Positions 37,722 to 46,754 of a DNA stretch of 64,000 bases are shown here, piece after piece. This DNA is from a bacterium (GTDB lineage Bacteria; UBA8248): positions 193,309-257,308 of the forward strand of contig JAJEJD010000012.1 in assembly GCA_022828125.1 (NCBI GenBank), written 5' to 3'. The notes beneath the pieces were generated by a model. That model was given only the letters and a program-made list of their open reading frames with translations. It was not told where the DNA came from and made no database searches. Both the position numbers and the translations under genes were made by a program. Positions within the stretch are counted from its first letter, which is position 1; each line of letters starts with the position of its first letter.

Positions 37722-40076
37722 CTACCAGCGCAGCGAGCCGCGAAGCGCCAGGCCGTGGTCGACGTCATCCACACCTTCGCGGCGCTCGCCCTCCAGGCTC
37801 ATGCTCAAGCGTTCGCCGAGACGGAATCGCCCGCCCGCGCGGTAGCTCTGCGCCGCCTCCGAGACCGACACCCCGCCATAAGGGGTGAGGAGACCGCCCA
37901 TGCCGTCCAGACCGTAGCCCACCTCCGCGTCCAAGCGCGCGCCCGGTTCGAATTCCCCGCTTCCAGTCAGGCCGGCAGCGCTGCGCCCGCTCCAGAGCTG
38001 CTCCGGTCCGCCCGCCGGGGCGCCCCAGGACGAACCCAGCCGCATGGACAAGCCGCGTCCCCCCTCGCCCGGAGCGAGGCGCAACGAGCCGCTCACGCCC
38101 CATTCCTCATAATCGCTGTCCGCATGTGCGAGCAGCCCCCGGGCGCTCACCTGTACCGTGAAGCCCGAACCCGCGTAGCGCAGCCCGCCGCCGACCTCGA
38201 CGCCGCCTCCCGTCTCGGCGTCGCCGCCGTCGTAGCGCAGACCCACCTCGATGGAGGGCGTCAGGCTCGCGCCCGAGGCGAACCCGAACTCACGCGAGGC
38301 TTCGAGCGCGAGGCGCAGGCGGCTCGTCTCCGCCTCTACCTCCGCGAAACTTTCCGTCTCATCGGAACTCGTCCACGTCATCAGCGCATCCGAGCGAAGC
38401 GCGAGTTCGAAATCTCCCTTGCTCACGGCGGGCAGCAGCACGCCGCGCGCGCCCAGCGACGCCATGTTCATCTCGATGTCGGCTTGGGCGGCGCTACTTC
38501 CCGCCGTGGTGAGCGTCAACTCGCCGCGCCCGTGGCCGAGCACTCCCCAGGCCGAGAGGCGCTCGCTGAAACGATAGCGCGCATAGGGATAGGCGCCGGT
38601 GAGCGTGCTCTCCAGATCGCCGCCGCAGCCCGAAGCGCAGCTTCCGCCGATGCGGAACTCACCCTCGCCCGCGCTACGCGAGAGCGCCACGCCGGCCAGC
38701 CACCGCTCGCGTTCGAAATCGAAGCCCAGCGTCGCGGTGGTGACATCGCCGTCGAGCGCGAGCGCGCCCTCTTTGGCGTCGAAACCCGAACGCGCGGCGC
38801 CTCCCCAGAACGACCAGCCCCCGCCGGCGTCCGCGCCTTCCGCGGAGGCCAGGTGAAAGGAACTCGCGAGCAGCAACTCGCTCATCGACATCTCGCGCCC
38901 GGCGAAAACCTCCCCGCTCCGCTCATCGAGAGAACCCTCCGCGAGGCGCGCGGCGGAATCCCCATCCGCCAAAGGGAGGGGGGAGCCTGCCAAATCGATA
39001 TCCTGACCGCCGAGCGTGAGTCGAGTGCCCGGCGCTCCGCGCATCCTGTCGCCGATGGCCCCGGTGACGTGCTCCGCCGCCGCCCGCCCGAAGCGCGCGA
39101 GCCACGCCTCCTGCGGCGCGGGCGCGTCATCCGCCGTGAGCAGGTTCGTCTCCGTCACCGTCCCCGTGTTCATCCACTCGACGATGGCCCCCACCGTCTT
39201 GCGCTCCTTGCCCAGGAAACCGTGCGCTGTCTGCGCCTGGCAAACACTGGGGCTTATCTGCGAATGCCCTCCGCTCACGGAGACGAACTCCTTGCGCGGG
39301 CTGTTCGTGATCGCGTTGAATGTAGTCTGCGCATCTGAAAACTGCGTACCGGGGCACAAGTCGTCCGTGTGATGCACCATCAGGACGGGGCCTCTGATTG
39401 CGCTTGCATAAGACACTATCGACCCCGCGCTTGCGGTGAGAACGTAGCCCGCGACTCCCGGATGCGTGATCACGGAGGCCAGATATGCGACGGACGTCGA
39501 GCCGTTGCTCGTGCCGATGAGGTACACCTCGCGCGCGCCCTCGCTCACCAGAAAATCCACGGCAGCGCGCACGTCCGCATGATGCTGACTCGACCACCTG
39601 AATGAAAATTCCATGCCTTCGCTCCTGTCCGAAGGAGCGTCGATGATGGCCGTGACGAAGCCCGCCTCGGCGAAGAGTGCTGAGCTTCTCACCAGAAAAT
39701 TGCCGCTAAGCCTGTGGTCCCTCTCCCGCGTAATCGGCGTTCCCGCGCCGCCCATGAAGAGGATGACGGCCTTGTTCCCTGCATTCCTCGCCCTGGCGAG
39801 CAGAAGACGCTGCCGCACGCCCTGCCGCGTGGGAAGACGCACGTCCTCCCAAGGGAGCGAGGCGACGTTGCCGACGCCTCTGGGGTGGGGCAGTACGTTG
39901 ATCGGTTTCCGTACGATTGCCGGGGTCAGCGGCCGGCCCGGCATGGTGGCGGGCGGGGCGCCCACGGTCGGGCCGCCGCCCCCACCGCCTCCGCAGCCCG
40001 CCGGCCCCAGCGCCAGAAGCGCCGCCAGCGTGAAAGCGGACAGTTTGTTCGTGGACGTGTCTTTGCGGAAAAACAC
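37722..40076 (-). CDS. autotransporter outer-membrane protein with alpha/beta hydrolase (esterase-like) passenger; lipoprotein-type signal
   Basis: LAALLALGPAGCGG signal, a passenger with an a/b-hydrolase pattern, a Gly/Ala-rich C-terminal beta-barrel ending ...LRGSLRW. Confidence 0.65.
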   Translation of the reverse strand: MFFRKDTSTNKLSAFTLAALLALGPAGCGGGGGGGPTVGAPPATMPGRPLTPAIVRKPINVLPHPRGVGNVASLPWEDVRLPTRQGVRQRLLLARARNAGNKAVILFMGGAGTPITRERDHRLSGNFLVRSSALFAEAGFVTAIIDAPSDRSEGMEFSFRWSSQHHADVRAAVDFLVSEGAREVYLIGTSNGSTSVAYLASVITHPGVAGYVLTASAGSIVSYASAIRGPVLMVHHTDDLCPGTQFSDAQTTFNAITNSPRKEFVSVSGGHSQISPSVCQAQTAHGFLGKERKTVGAIVEWMNTGTVTETNLLTADDAPAPQEAWLARFGRAAAEHVTGAIGDRMRGAPGTRLTLGGQDIDLAGSPLPLADGDSAARLAEGSLDERSGEVFAGREMSMSELLLASSFHLASAEGADAGGGWSFWGGAARSGFDAKEGALALDGDVTTATLGFDFERERWLAGVALSRSAGEGEFRIGGSCASGCGGDLESTLTGAYPYARYRFSERLSAWGVLGHGRGELTLTTAGSSAAQADIEMNMASLGARGVLLPAVSKGDFELALRSDALMTWTSSDETESFAEVEAETSRLRLALEASREFGFASGASLTPSIEVGLRYDGGDAETGGGVEVGGGLRYAGSGFTVQVSARGLLAHADSDYEEWGVSGSLRLAPGEGGRGLSMRLGSSWGAPAGGPEQLWSGRSAAGLTGSGEFEPGARLDAEVGYGLDGMGGLLTPYGGVSVSEAAQSYRAGGRFRLGERLSMSLEGERREGVDDVDHGLALRGSLRW

Positions 40077-40202
40077 AGGTCAAGTCCTCCTCGTCGGAAC
40101 ATCGCAAAACCAAACGAATGATGAGCTTCGCGTCATATGGCAGGGACAGGTTGCGGCCTGTCCCTACAGGGATTGTTGAAAAAATGTCCCTTGCCAGGGG
40201 AC

Positions 40203-40347
40203 AAAGGCAACCCCCCCTACCCCCCCTTGTCAGGGGGGTCTTTTTGTTGCTCCCCCTGTCGGGGGACCTTTTTCTTTTTACCACCCCCACCGTCAGAGCA
40301 TTGCTTTTTCATACCCCCCTGACAAGGGGGGGTAGGGGGGGTTGGTT
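40203..40347. repeat. MITE-like element family R1, copy 4 (divergent core)
   Basis: AAAGGCAACCCCCCCTACCCCCCCTTGTCAGGGGGG ... CCCCCCTGACAAGGGGGGGTAGGGGGGGTTGGTTTT. Confidence 0.8.
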
Positions 40348-40559
40348 TTCAAGGCGAGGAGGCGGACAAGGGCAGGACAGCCCCGAGGAAGGGCCGCCCC
40401 TACGCAGGACGATATGGTTTCGTGGCAGGAACGATCTCCTTTCGAGGTCATTCCCGCCCTGCTCGATTAACCCTCCAGGGGACAGGTCGCGACCTGTCCC
40501 TACAAAATCATCATCCTCCCCGCTCGGAACAATTCCCCCCTCTTCGGGGTTGTTGCAAA

Positions 40560-40848
40560 CCCGTGCTTGGATGATGCGGGAGGATTCGGTTCGGCCTCGA
40601 ACCCTCCCCCCGTTTTGCGTGGCCTGCCTCTCCGCCTCACCCTGAGCAGCGGCCCCTCGACTTCGCTCGGGACAGGCTCCGCCGTTGCCCGACGCCCCTC
40701 ACCCTGAGTAGCGGCAAAGCCGCGTATCGAAGGGGCCTGTCCTGAGCCTGTCGAAGGGCGAAATTCGCGCCCGCCGGAGAAATGCGCCCCCATCCTTCGA
40801 TACGGCGCTTGCGCGCCTACTCAGGATGAGGAATTGGCGCGCCTCACC
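40560..40848. repeat. repeat-rich intergenic segment with CTCACCCTGAG(C/T)AGCGG direct and inverted copies and a GACAGGCTC / GAGCCTGTC inverted pair
   Basis: cctcaccctgagcagcgg (40637), cctcaccctgagtagcgg (40698), ctactcaggatgagg (40819), gcctcaccctacctg (40841). Confidence 0.6.
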
Positions 40849-41446
40849 CTACCTGAACGGCATGATGGAGCCGGTGCGCTTCATGGGTTTTTCCATCCGC
40901 CATAGCTGTCTCTCGAGCGCATCTTCGGAGCACGTCCCGAGGGCCAGGGAGCGCGCCATGTGGCGGCTCGGCAGCCTGCGCCCGCCCCGCGTGAGGCGGG
41001 AGGGTTCCGCGCCGATGGTGAGGCATTTATCGGGATGCGCCTTCAGGCTCAAGCGGTAGTTCTCGAAACGCCAGTTCTGAAGGGCCGAGCCGTCGCATTT
41101 TTTGAGCAGGAGCTTCGCGCCGTCTTTGGCGGAAGCAGCGGCGACACACAGGCCGTATTCGGGCATCCGGAGCTGGCCCTTCCCCACGGCGGCGGGGTCG
41201 AATTGCTCGTCCAGGTTCCAGATGCCCTCCTTGCAGGTGTGCACGAGAAGGGCGGCCGTGGTTCTCACGCGGTCGCGGTGTCCCGGAATGTCGATGCAGT
41301 GAAACCTCGGCTCATCGAGCGGATAAAACGCCTTGATGAAGACGACTTCTTTCTCCATGCCCTGCGCATGAAGTGCCAAGAACGCGAGCGCTGCAAAAAC
41401 CGCCAGACATGCCGCGGCCGCACACCGAGCGATACGCCGAATCATC
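40849..41446 (-). CDS. secreted ricin-B lectin (beta-trefoil) domain protein
   Basis: Signal peptide, QxW repeats (QNWRF, QLWRM), conserved Cys pairs. Confidence 0.55.
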
Positions 41447-41844
41447 TTTGCCCTCCTTATGAGAGGCGGGAGGCGGCACCCTTCCATTCCATGATAGTTT
41501 CCCCGATGCTTTCATGCGGGGGGAGCGGTGTCAATGAGGGGTCGAACCCGACCGATGAGGGAGGGTTCGCCGACCGGGGAGGGAGGGGCTGCCGACCGAT
41601 GCAGGGCTGTTGAAAAAGCCCCCTTCTCAGACGGGTAGAAGCGATGCCCCCGACGAGGTTTTTTCGACAACCCCCTCAAGTGGGGAGTGAAATACGACCC
41701 CGCAATTCCCCGCATTTGCCGCCGGGGGACTTTCGCGTCGATGGGATATGCTGGAGAGGCCGTCCGTCGGCCTTCGGTTTTTCAGGCGGCGGAAGGGGCG
41801 TTGCCCGCAGGAATCGGAGGGCCGCCCGGACGAGACGCGGAAGG

Positions 41845-41940
41845 GGCAAAATGCAAATAATAATTCCCGAAAAATTCGATAAATATCGATAAATTCACGG
41901 GGTTTTTCGGTAAATTTCCGGCAATTTTTTAGAGGGGATA
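41845..41940. promoter_or_regulatory. AT-rich island (unusual in this GC-rich window) with a direct repeat TCGATAAAT-at-TCGATAAAT and flanking CCCGAAAAA/TTTTTCGG inverted arms, about 250 bp upstream of the QueG-like tandem genes
   Basis: gcaaataataattcccgaaaaattcgataaatatcgataaattcacggggtttttcggtaaatttccggcaatttttt. Confidence 0.35.
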
Positions 41941-42197
41941 TGACGCTTTTGCAGTGCGGCGCAGGAGCATTCTGCCATGACCCGCCGCGCCCGCGATGAC
42001 CGCAAATGCGGGGAAATGCGCATTCCGCGCAAAAGGGCACCGAACGGCCCATATGATGCGATTTTGCCTCATCGCGGCGTTGTGCTAGATTCAATCCATC
42101 CTCTCGAATGAAAACTCAGGCGTCAGGCGAATGCCGCGAGAGGACGAGCAGTTCCAGGTCAACGCACGGATCCGACAACGGAAACCCGAGGTTACAC

Positions 42198-43100
42198 GTG
42201 GACCGAACCGAGGCCCGAAAACCCATTGATAATCAAGAGGTAAAGCGCACAGCCCGCGAGCTGGGCGCCGACCTCGCGGGGGTCGCATCGGCGGAGGATT
42301 TCGCGGAAGCGCAGCCGGGCTGCCGCCCCAGGGACTTGTTCAACATGGCGAACAGCGTCGTCGTGGTCGCCAAGCGCGTCCCCTTCGCCGCGGCCACGCC
42401 CTATCCCAGCATCGGCGCGATGGAGTTCGGTGAATACATCCCCGAGAATTTCCTGAACGAAGCCTGCTATCGCCTCTCGCTGTTTCTCGAAGATATGGGC
42501 TGGCTCTCGGGCGCCACCCCGTGCGGGCGCGACATCACGAGCTTCCGCGTGGAAGAAGAAGGCGCCGAACCCAGGGTCTTCCTCCAGGGCTCCTTCGACT
42601 TGCGGCTCGCGGCGGTCAAGGCCGGTCTCGGGCATATCGGCGCCAATAACTGCCTGATAACGCAGGAGTACGGCTCTCGCGTCCGCCTGGGCGCGGTGTT
42701 CACCGAGGCGAAGCTCGAACCCGACCCGCCCAACCAGGTCGGCGCGATCCCCGAGTTCTGCCATGAGTGCGGCTTTCGCTGCGTGAAGGCCTGCCCCGCG
42801 AACGCGCTGCCCGGCGACGGCACGGTGGATCACTACCGCTGCATGGTCATCCGGCCGGACCTGGTCGCGCCGGAAAAAGCCCTGGCCCACTTCAAGAAAC
42901 TCTTCCGGGGCAAGCCCATGATCATGGCGGCCAAGGGCCTCTCCTACACCGACAGCCCGCCGCATCCATGCAGCACCTGCATCGCGCTCTGCCCGATGGA
43001 TCAGGGCCGCGATTTCGCGCATAAACCCTTTCACCGCGAATCCTGGACCGATGAAGACGCGCTCAAGGTCATCGATCCGGCCCTGCTGGAGAATCCCTGA
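42198..43100 (+). CDS. QueG-like (epoxyqueuosine reductase family) 4Fe-4S protein, paralog 1
   Basis: GANNCLITQEYGSRVRLGAVFTEAKLEPDPP block plus Cys cluster CHECGFRCVKACP. GTG start aligned to the paralog. Confidence 0.5.
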   Translation: MDRTEARKPIDNQEVKRTARELGADLAGVASAEDFAEAQPGCRPRDLFNMANSVVVVAKRVPFAAATPYPSIGAMEFGEYIPENFLNEACYRLSLFLEDMGWLSGATPCGRDITSFRVEEEGAEPRVFLQGSFDLRLAAVKAGLGHIGANNCLITQEYGSRVRLGAVFTEAKLEPDPPNQVGAIPEFCHECGFRCVKACPANALPGDGTVDHYRCMVIRPDLVAPEKALAHFKKLFRGKPMIMAAKGLSYTDSPPHPCSTCIALCPMDQGRDFAHKPFHRESWTDEDALKVIDPALLENP

Positions 43101-43101
43101 A

Positions 43102-43971
43102 ATGGATAACGGCAAAGGCGCCGGAATTACCTCAGGCGACGTCAAGGCGCAGGCCCGTGAATTCGGCGCGGACCTCGTCAACATTTCCTCGTGCGAGGGC
43201 TACGAGAAAGCGCTCCCCGGCTGCAAGCCCCATGACCTGGTGAAGGACGCCAGGAGCGTCGTCGTCTTCGCGCGCCGGATGCCCTTCGGCAACGCGACGC
43301 CCCGACCCTCGGTGGGTTATCTGGAATTCGGCTATTACGGGCACGAGGCCTGGATCAACAAGCTCTCATACCGCCTGGCGCTCTGGTTGGAGGACGAGGG
43401 ACACATGGCGCTGCCCACGCCTGCCGGACGGGACATCCCCTCGCTCCGCATCCTTCGAGAAGGCGCGGAACCGGAAGTCTTCATGCAGGGTTCTTTCGAT
43501 CTCAGGCTCGCCGCGGTGAACGCGGGCATGGGCGAGATCGGCGTGAACAACAACCTCATCACCGCCGAATACGGCTCGCGTCTGAGACTCGGAGCGGTCG
43601 TCACGACGGCCGCGCTCGAAGCGGACCCGCCCCAAAAATACGGCGTGGTTCCCGATTTCTGCGTGGAGTGCGGCTACAAGTGCATCAAGCCCTGCCCGGC
43701 GGGTGCGCTGCCCGGAGACGGCGCGGTGGATCACTACAAGTGCATGGTGATGTATCCCCAGAAAGTTTCATCGGAAAAAGCCGTCGACGTCTTCAAGACG
43801 CGCTACGGCTACCCCGAACTCCAGCTCGCCGGACGAATGATGGCCTTCACCGAGAACGCGCCGCACATCTGCGCGACCTGCATCACCCTGTGCCCCATGG
43901 ACGAAGCGCGCCGCGTCAAGGAGAAGGCGAACGGCGGCGGGGGCGGTCAACCACTTCCAGTCGTGCCATAA
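43102..43971 (+). CDS. QueG-like 4Fe-4S protein, paralog 2 (tandem)
   Basis: Roughly 55-60% identical to the preceding gene (GVNNNLITAEYGSRLRLGAVVTTAALEADPP; CVECGYKCIKPCP). Confidence 0.5.
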   Translation: MDNGKGAGITSGDVKAQAREFGADLVNISSCEGYEKALPGCKPHDLVKDARSVVVFARRMPFGNATPRPSVGYLEFGYYGHEAWINKLSYRLALWLEDEGHMALPTPAGRDIPSLRILREGAEPEVFMQGSFDLRLAAVNAGMGEIGVNNNLITAEYGSRLRLGAVVTTAALEADPPQKYGVVPDFCVECGYKCIKPCPAGALPGDGAVDHYKCMVMYPQKVSSEKAVDVFKTRYGYPELQLAGRMMAFTENAPHICATCITLCPMDEARRVKEKANGGGGGQPLPVVP

Positions 43972-44083
43972 CGAAACGGAAAAAAATTGCAGTCGAACGG
44001 GAATGACATATAGGACAGTGCGGCGGTATTCCGGGCTCTGGTTTCGAATGGGAGCGATGTAATTACTTTCCCTTTGAGAGGGT

Positions 44084-44160
44084 TGTTGTAGGGGTCGCAC
44101 ATATGCGACCCGACTGGTTTGCGGCATGTGGGCCGCATATATGCGGCCCCTACACACAAA
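44084..44160. repeat. nested palindromes GTAGGGGTCGCACATATGCGACCC ... GGGCCGCATATATGCGGCCCCTAC (R3 type)
   Basis: Two adjacent 20 bp palindromes bounded by GTAGGGG / CCCCTAC. Confidence 0.8.
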
Positions 44161-44236
44161 TAACTTTTCCCTCTCCGGCTTTTTCAACAGCCCCTATGGG
44201 GCTTGTTGAAAAACCCCCTTGAAAGGGAAATCCCAT

Positions 44237-44360
44237 AAAGGCAACCCCCCCTACCCCCCCTTGTCAGGGGGGCAAGAAAAAGCAACCCCCCCTCAGCCCG
44301 GCGGGGGCGCATCGCCTTTTTATACCCCCCTGACAAGGGGGGGTAGGGGGGGTTGGTTTT
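44237..44360. repeat. MITE-like element family R1, copy 5
   Basis: Near-identical to copy 1, including the core CAAGAAAAAGCAACCCCCCCTCAGCCCGGCGGGGGCGCATCGCCTTTTTATA. Confidence 0.85.
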
Positions 44361-44459
44361 CCACGAGGGAGGTCGGGAGTTCGCGCGAACCCGAAGCAAG
44401 TCTCCGGAACCGCATCCTGACGCCGGGTCCGTGGACGGGTCCGCTGCGCGGGCCTGCTC

Positions 44460-45545
44460 CTACTGCCTCGTGGCGACGAAGCCGCCCTTGATTCTGGGCG
44501 CCTCGAACACCCCACCGACCGTGTTCGGGCTCGTCCCCGTAGTGCCCTGGTGGCGGAAAGCGCCGTTGATCTTGCGGCCCCCGGCCGTCGAGCTGAAGGC
44601 GCCGCTCGAATCGATCGACAGGCCGGACCAGGTCTGGTCCGGGTACGTCGAGGGGACTGCGGCGCCCGACTCGATTTTCACAGCCCGGGAGGACTTCAGG
44701 TTCGTGAGAGAAACGCCCGCGCTTCTGGTCGGGAGATTGACGGTGACGCTGGCGTCGCCGCCGATCTCGAAGCCTCTGGTCACCCACTGGGCAGGGTCGT
44801 TCTCGAAGGCGATCACCTTGCCCGTCCAGGTCGCGCTCCCCGTCCCGGTGGGCTGCACGCCGGCGCCGGGCGCCTGAAGGTGCGCCTCGACCAGGAAGAA
44901 ATCGTTGGTGATATCATGGCCGCTCTCCTCAAGTATTTTCTTAAGCTGCACGGAAAACAGCCGCTTCCCGGTCTCTTGCGGCACCCGGGCGCGGATATGG
45001 ACCTTCATGTCGCCGGCGGCGCCGGGCGGATAGGTCATCCACAGGTCGTCGACGTTCATACTGTAAAAAACGAACTCGTCACCGTCGGAGTTCGCGTCCG
45101 TGTACTTGAGGTTCCAATATCGGGTTCCGCCTTTTCTTATCCGCGCCTGAATGTCCGGCCGGAGGCTCATGGGGGGGTTGAAAGAGTTCAGGTTGATCGT
45201 TTTCGCCGTCGCACCGGCGGGAAAGCCGGGGGGAGTGCCGGTACCGACCGAAGTCGATTTGGCCGTCACACGCGGTGTCCGCGGCGCGACCTGCAGCTGC
45301 GAGACCTGCAGCTGCGAGACCCTCGGGAAGACCGGCGGCAGGGCGGGCGCCGGCTGGGGCGTGGCGGCAGGCCGTGCCTCGAGCGCGGCGGCAGGCTGCG
45401 GAGCGGGCCGGCTCATCACGGGTTGCGGGAGACTGAGTCCCCCGCCCCCTCCCCCGCAGGCGGTGAGAAACAACGCCAGCAGCGCGACGGAAGCGAAGCC
45501 CCCCGCCGGCGACGGTCTGTGGAACAGGGTATCCAGCGTTTTCAT
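44460..45545 (-). CDS. hypothetical lipoprotein with a low-complexity Pro/Ala-rich linker
   Basis: Lipobox LFLTACGGGG. Internal 15 bp tandem duplication gives SQLQVSQLQV. Confidence 0.5.
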   Translation of the reverse strand: MKTLDTLFHRPSPAGGFASVALLALFLTACGGGGGGLSLPQPVMSRPAPQPAAALEARPAATPQPAPALPPVFPRVSQLQVSQLQVAPRTPRVTAKSTSVGTGTPPGFPAGATAKTINLNSFNPPMSLRPDIQARIRKGGTRYWNLKYTDANSDGDEFVFYSMNVDDLWMTYPPGAAGDMKVHIRARVPQETGKRLFSVQLKKILEESGHDITNDFFLVEAHLQAPGAGVQPTGTGSATWTGKVIAFENDPAQWVTRGFEIGGDASVTVNLPTRSAGVSLTNLKSSRAVKIESGAAVPSTYPDQTWSGLSIDSSGAFSSTAGGRKINGAFRHQGTTGTSPNTVGGVFEAPRIKGGFVATRQ

Positions 45546-45889
45546 TTCAAGGTGCTCCCCATGGTGAATGGAAAATGAATGCGGCAGAAGACGGAAAAAC
45601 CCGCAGGCGCGGGCGCTTCAAGTACAACGGATGAGGGATAACGACAGGCGGAAGACGGCCCCGCCGGAGGGCGGGGACCCGGACCCGATCGGAAGCGGCG
45701 CTCCCGGTGGCGGCCGGCGCGGTCCACGGCGTCAGCCGGGCGGACGCGATGCTCGGCTCGAATCAGTTTCAGGTGCGCCCTTGCTTTCAAGTCGTACTTG
45801 CCCCCGTATGAAGGACTCCGCACCGGCGCCGTCGCCGGGCGGTATTACGGGGTCATGGCCAGATGTATTGGAAGGCCGTATGTAGGGTT

Positions 45890-45995
45890 ATGCCTCGTGG
45901 GTAGTATATTTTCATCTGTAGCATATACTATGGAAACAGTATGCATCATTGATCCTGAAATGTATATACCCTGTCGGGGAGCTTTTTTGTTTTTT
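45890..45995. promoter_or_regulatory. AT-rich island with an inverted repeat GTAGTATAT-N13-ATATACTAT and a downstream G/C hairpin plus T-run (ccctgtcggggagcttttttgtttttt)
   Basis: Lies upstream of the minus-strand lipoprotein gene. It is the only other strongly AT-rich patch in the window. Confidence 0.3.
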
Positions 45996-46253
45996 GCGTG
46001 TTTTTTCGGCGCCGGGAAGGGCGGTTTCGACGCCGGGGCGTCCGGATCGGCCCAGGGAGGCGTATCGGGAGCTTGTCTTAAGCCTGTCGAGGGGGACGCG
46101 GGAAAACAGCTTTCCCGCCCCCGCTCGCCGTGAACCCTCCTTCCCTGAGGTTGTTGAAAAACCCCTGCTTTCGTCATTCTGCGTATAGAGCCAACCGGGG
46201 AAAGAGGAGACAACATTTCCCCCTTGAAGAGTGCCAACCAAACACTCCCCCCT

Positions 46254-46590
46254 TGAGGAGGCTGTTGAAAAAGTCACCCTTGGTCGGAATTGACCACCGC
46301 CGTCATTCCGGCGAAAGCCGGAATCCATTTTGACTTTTCACCGGGCGGGGCGATCACGACCTTTTTGTCGCGCGGCGCCGGGATGCGGAACCCAGAGAAT
46401 TCGCCTTTCGTTTTTGTGTTCGATTCCGATCCTCCCCGACCGGGCGTAAAGACGTCCGAACGAAGAGGCGAAAAGGCAAAGGCGAAAATGGATTCCGGCT
46501 TTCGCCGGAATGACGGCCAAAACCCGAAACCGGGCGGAGGCGCAGGTGTCACTTCCTCCTCGATGGACTTTTTCAACAAGCCCCCTCAAG
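46254..46590. repeat. composite mosaic repeat region: GTTGAAAAAG hairpin module, an inverted pair of 32 bp TCATTCCGGCGAAAGCCGGAATCC arms (46299..46331 and 46485..46518), and a GGCCAAAACCCGAAACCGGGCGGAGGCGCAGG module
   Basis: The modules recur in other intergenic regions (52136..52215, 61855..62000, 1240..1320, 50755..50790). Confidence 0.75.
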
Positions 46591-46754
46591 GGGGAAGTGA
46601 ATTCCCTCTCTCATGAATTGCGCCCGATCCTCAAGGGAGAGTGAAAAAACCCCAAGCATGAAGGGGTGATTCTGGAAAGGGATTTATGAATTGACCGGCA
46701 AGAAAAACTCGTCAACTTGAGTATATAATTCCCTTTCTTTCTCTGGAGCCTCTC

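Noticed and set aside
45568-46328. Overlapping ORFs 45568..45885(+), 45798..46133(+), 45845..46237(-) and 45912..46328(-)
   Set aside because: They sit in the repeat- and AT-island-containing intergenic region, overlap each other on both strands, and have no RBS or domain signal.
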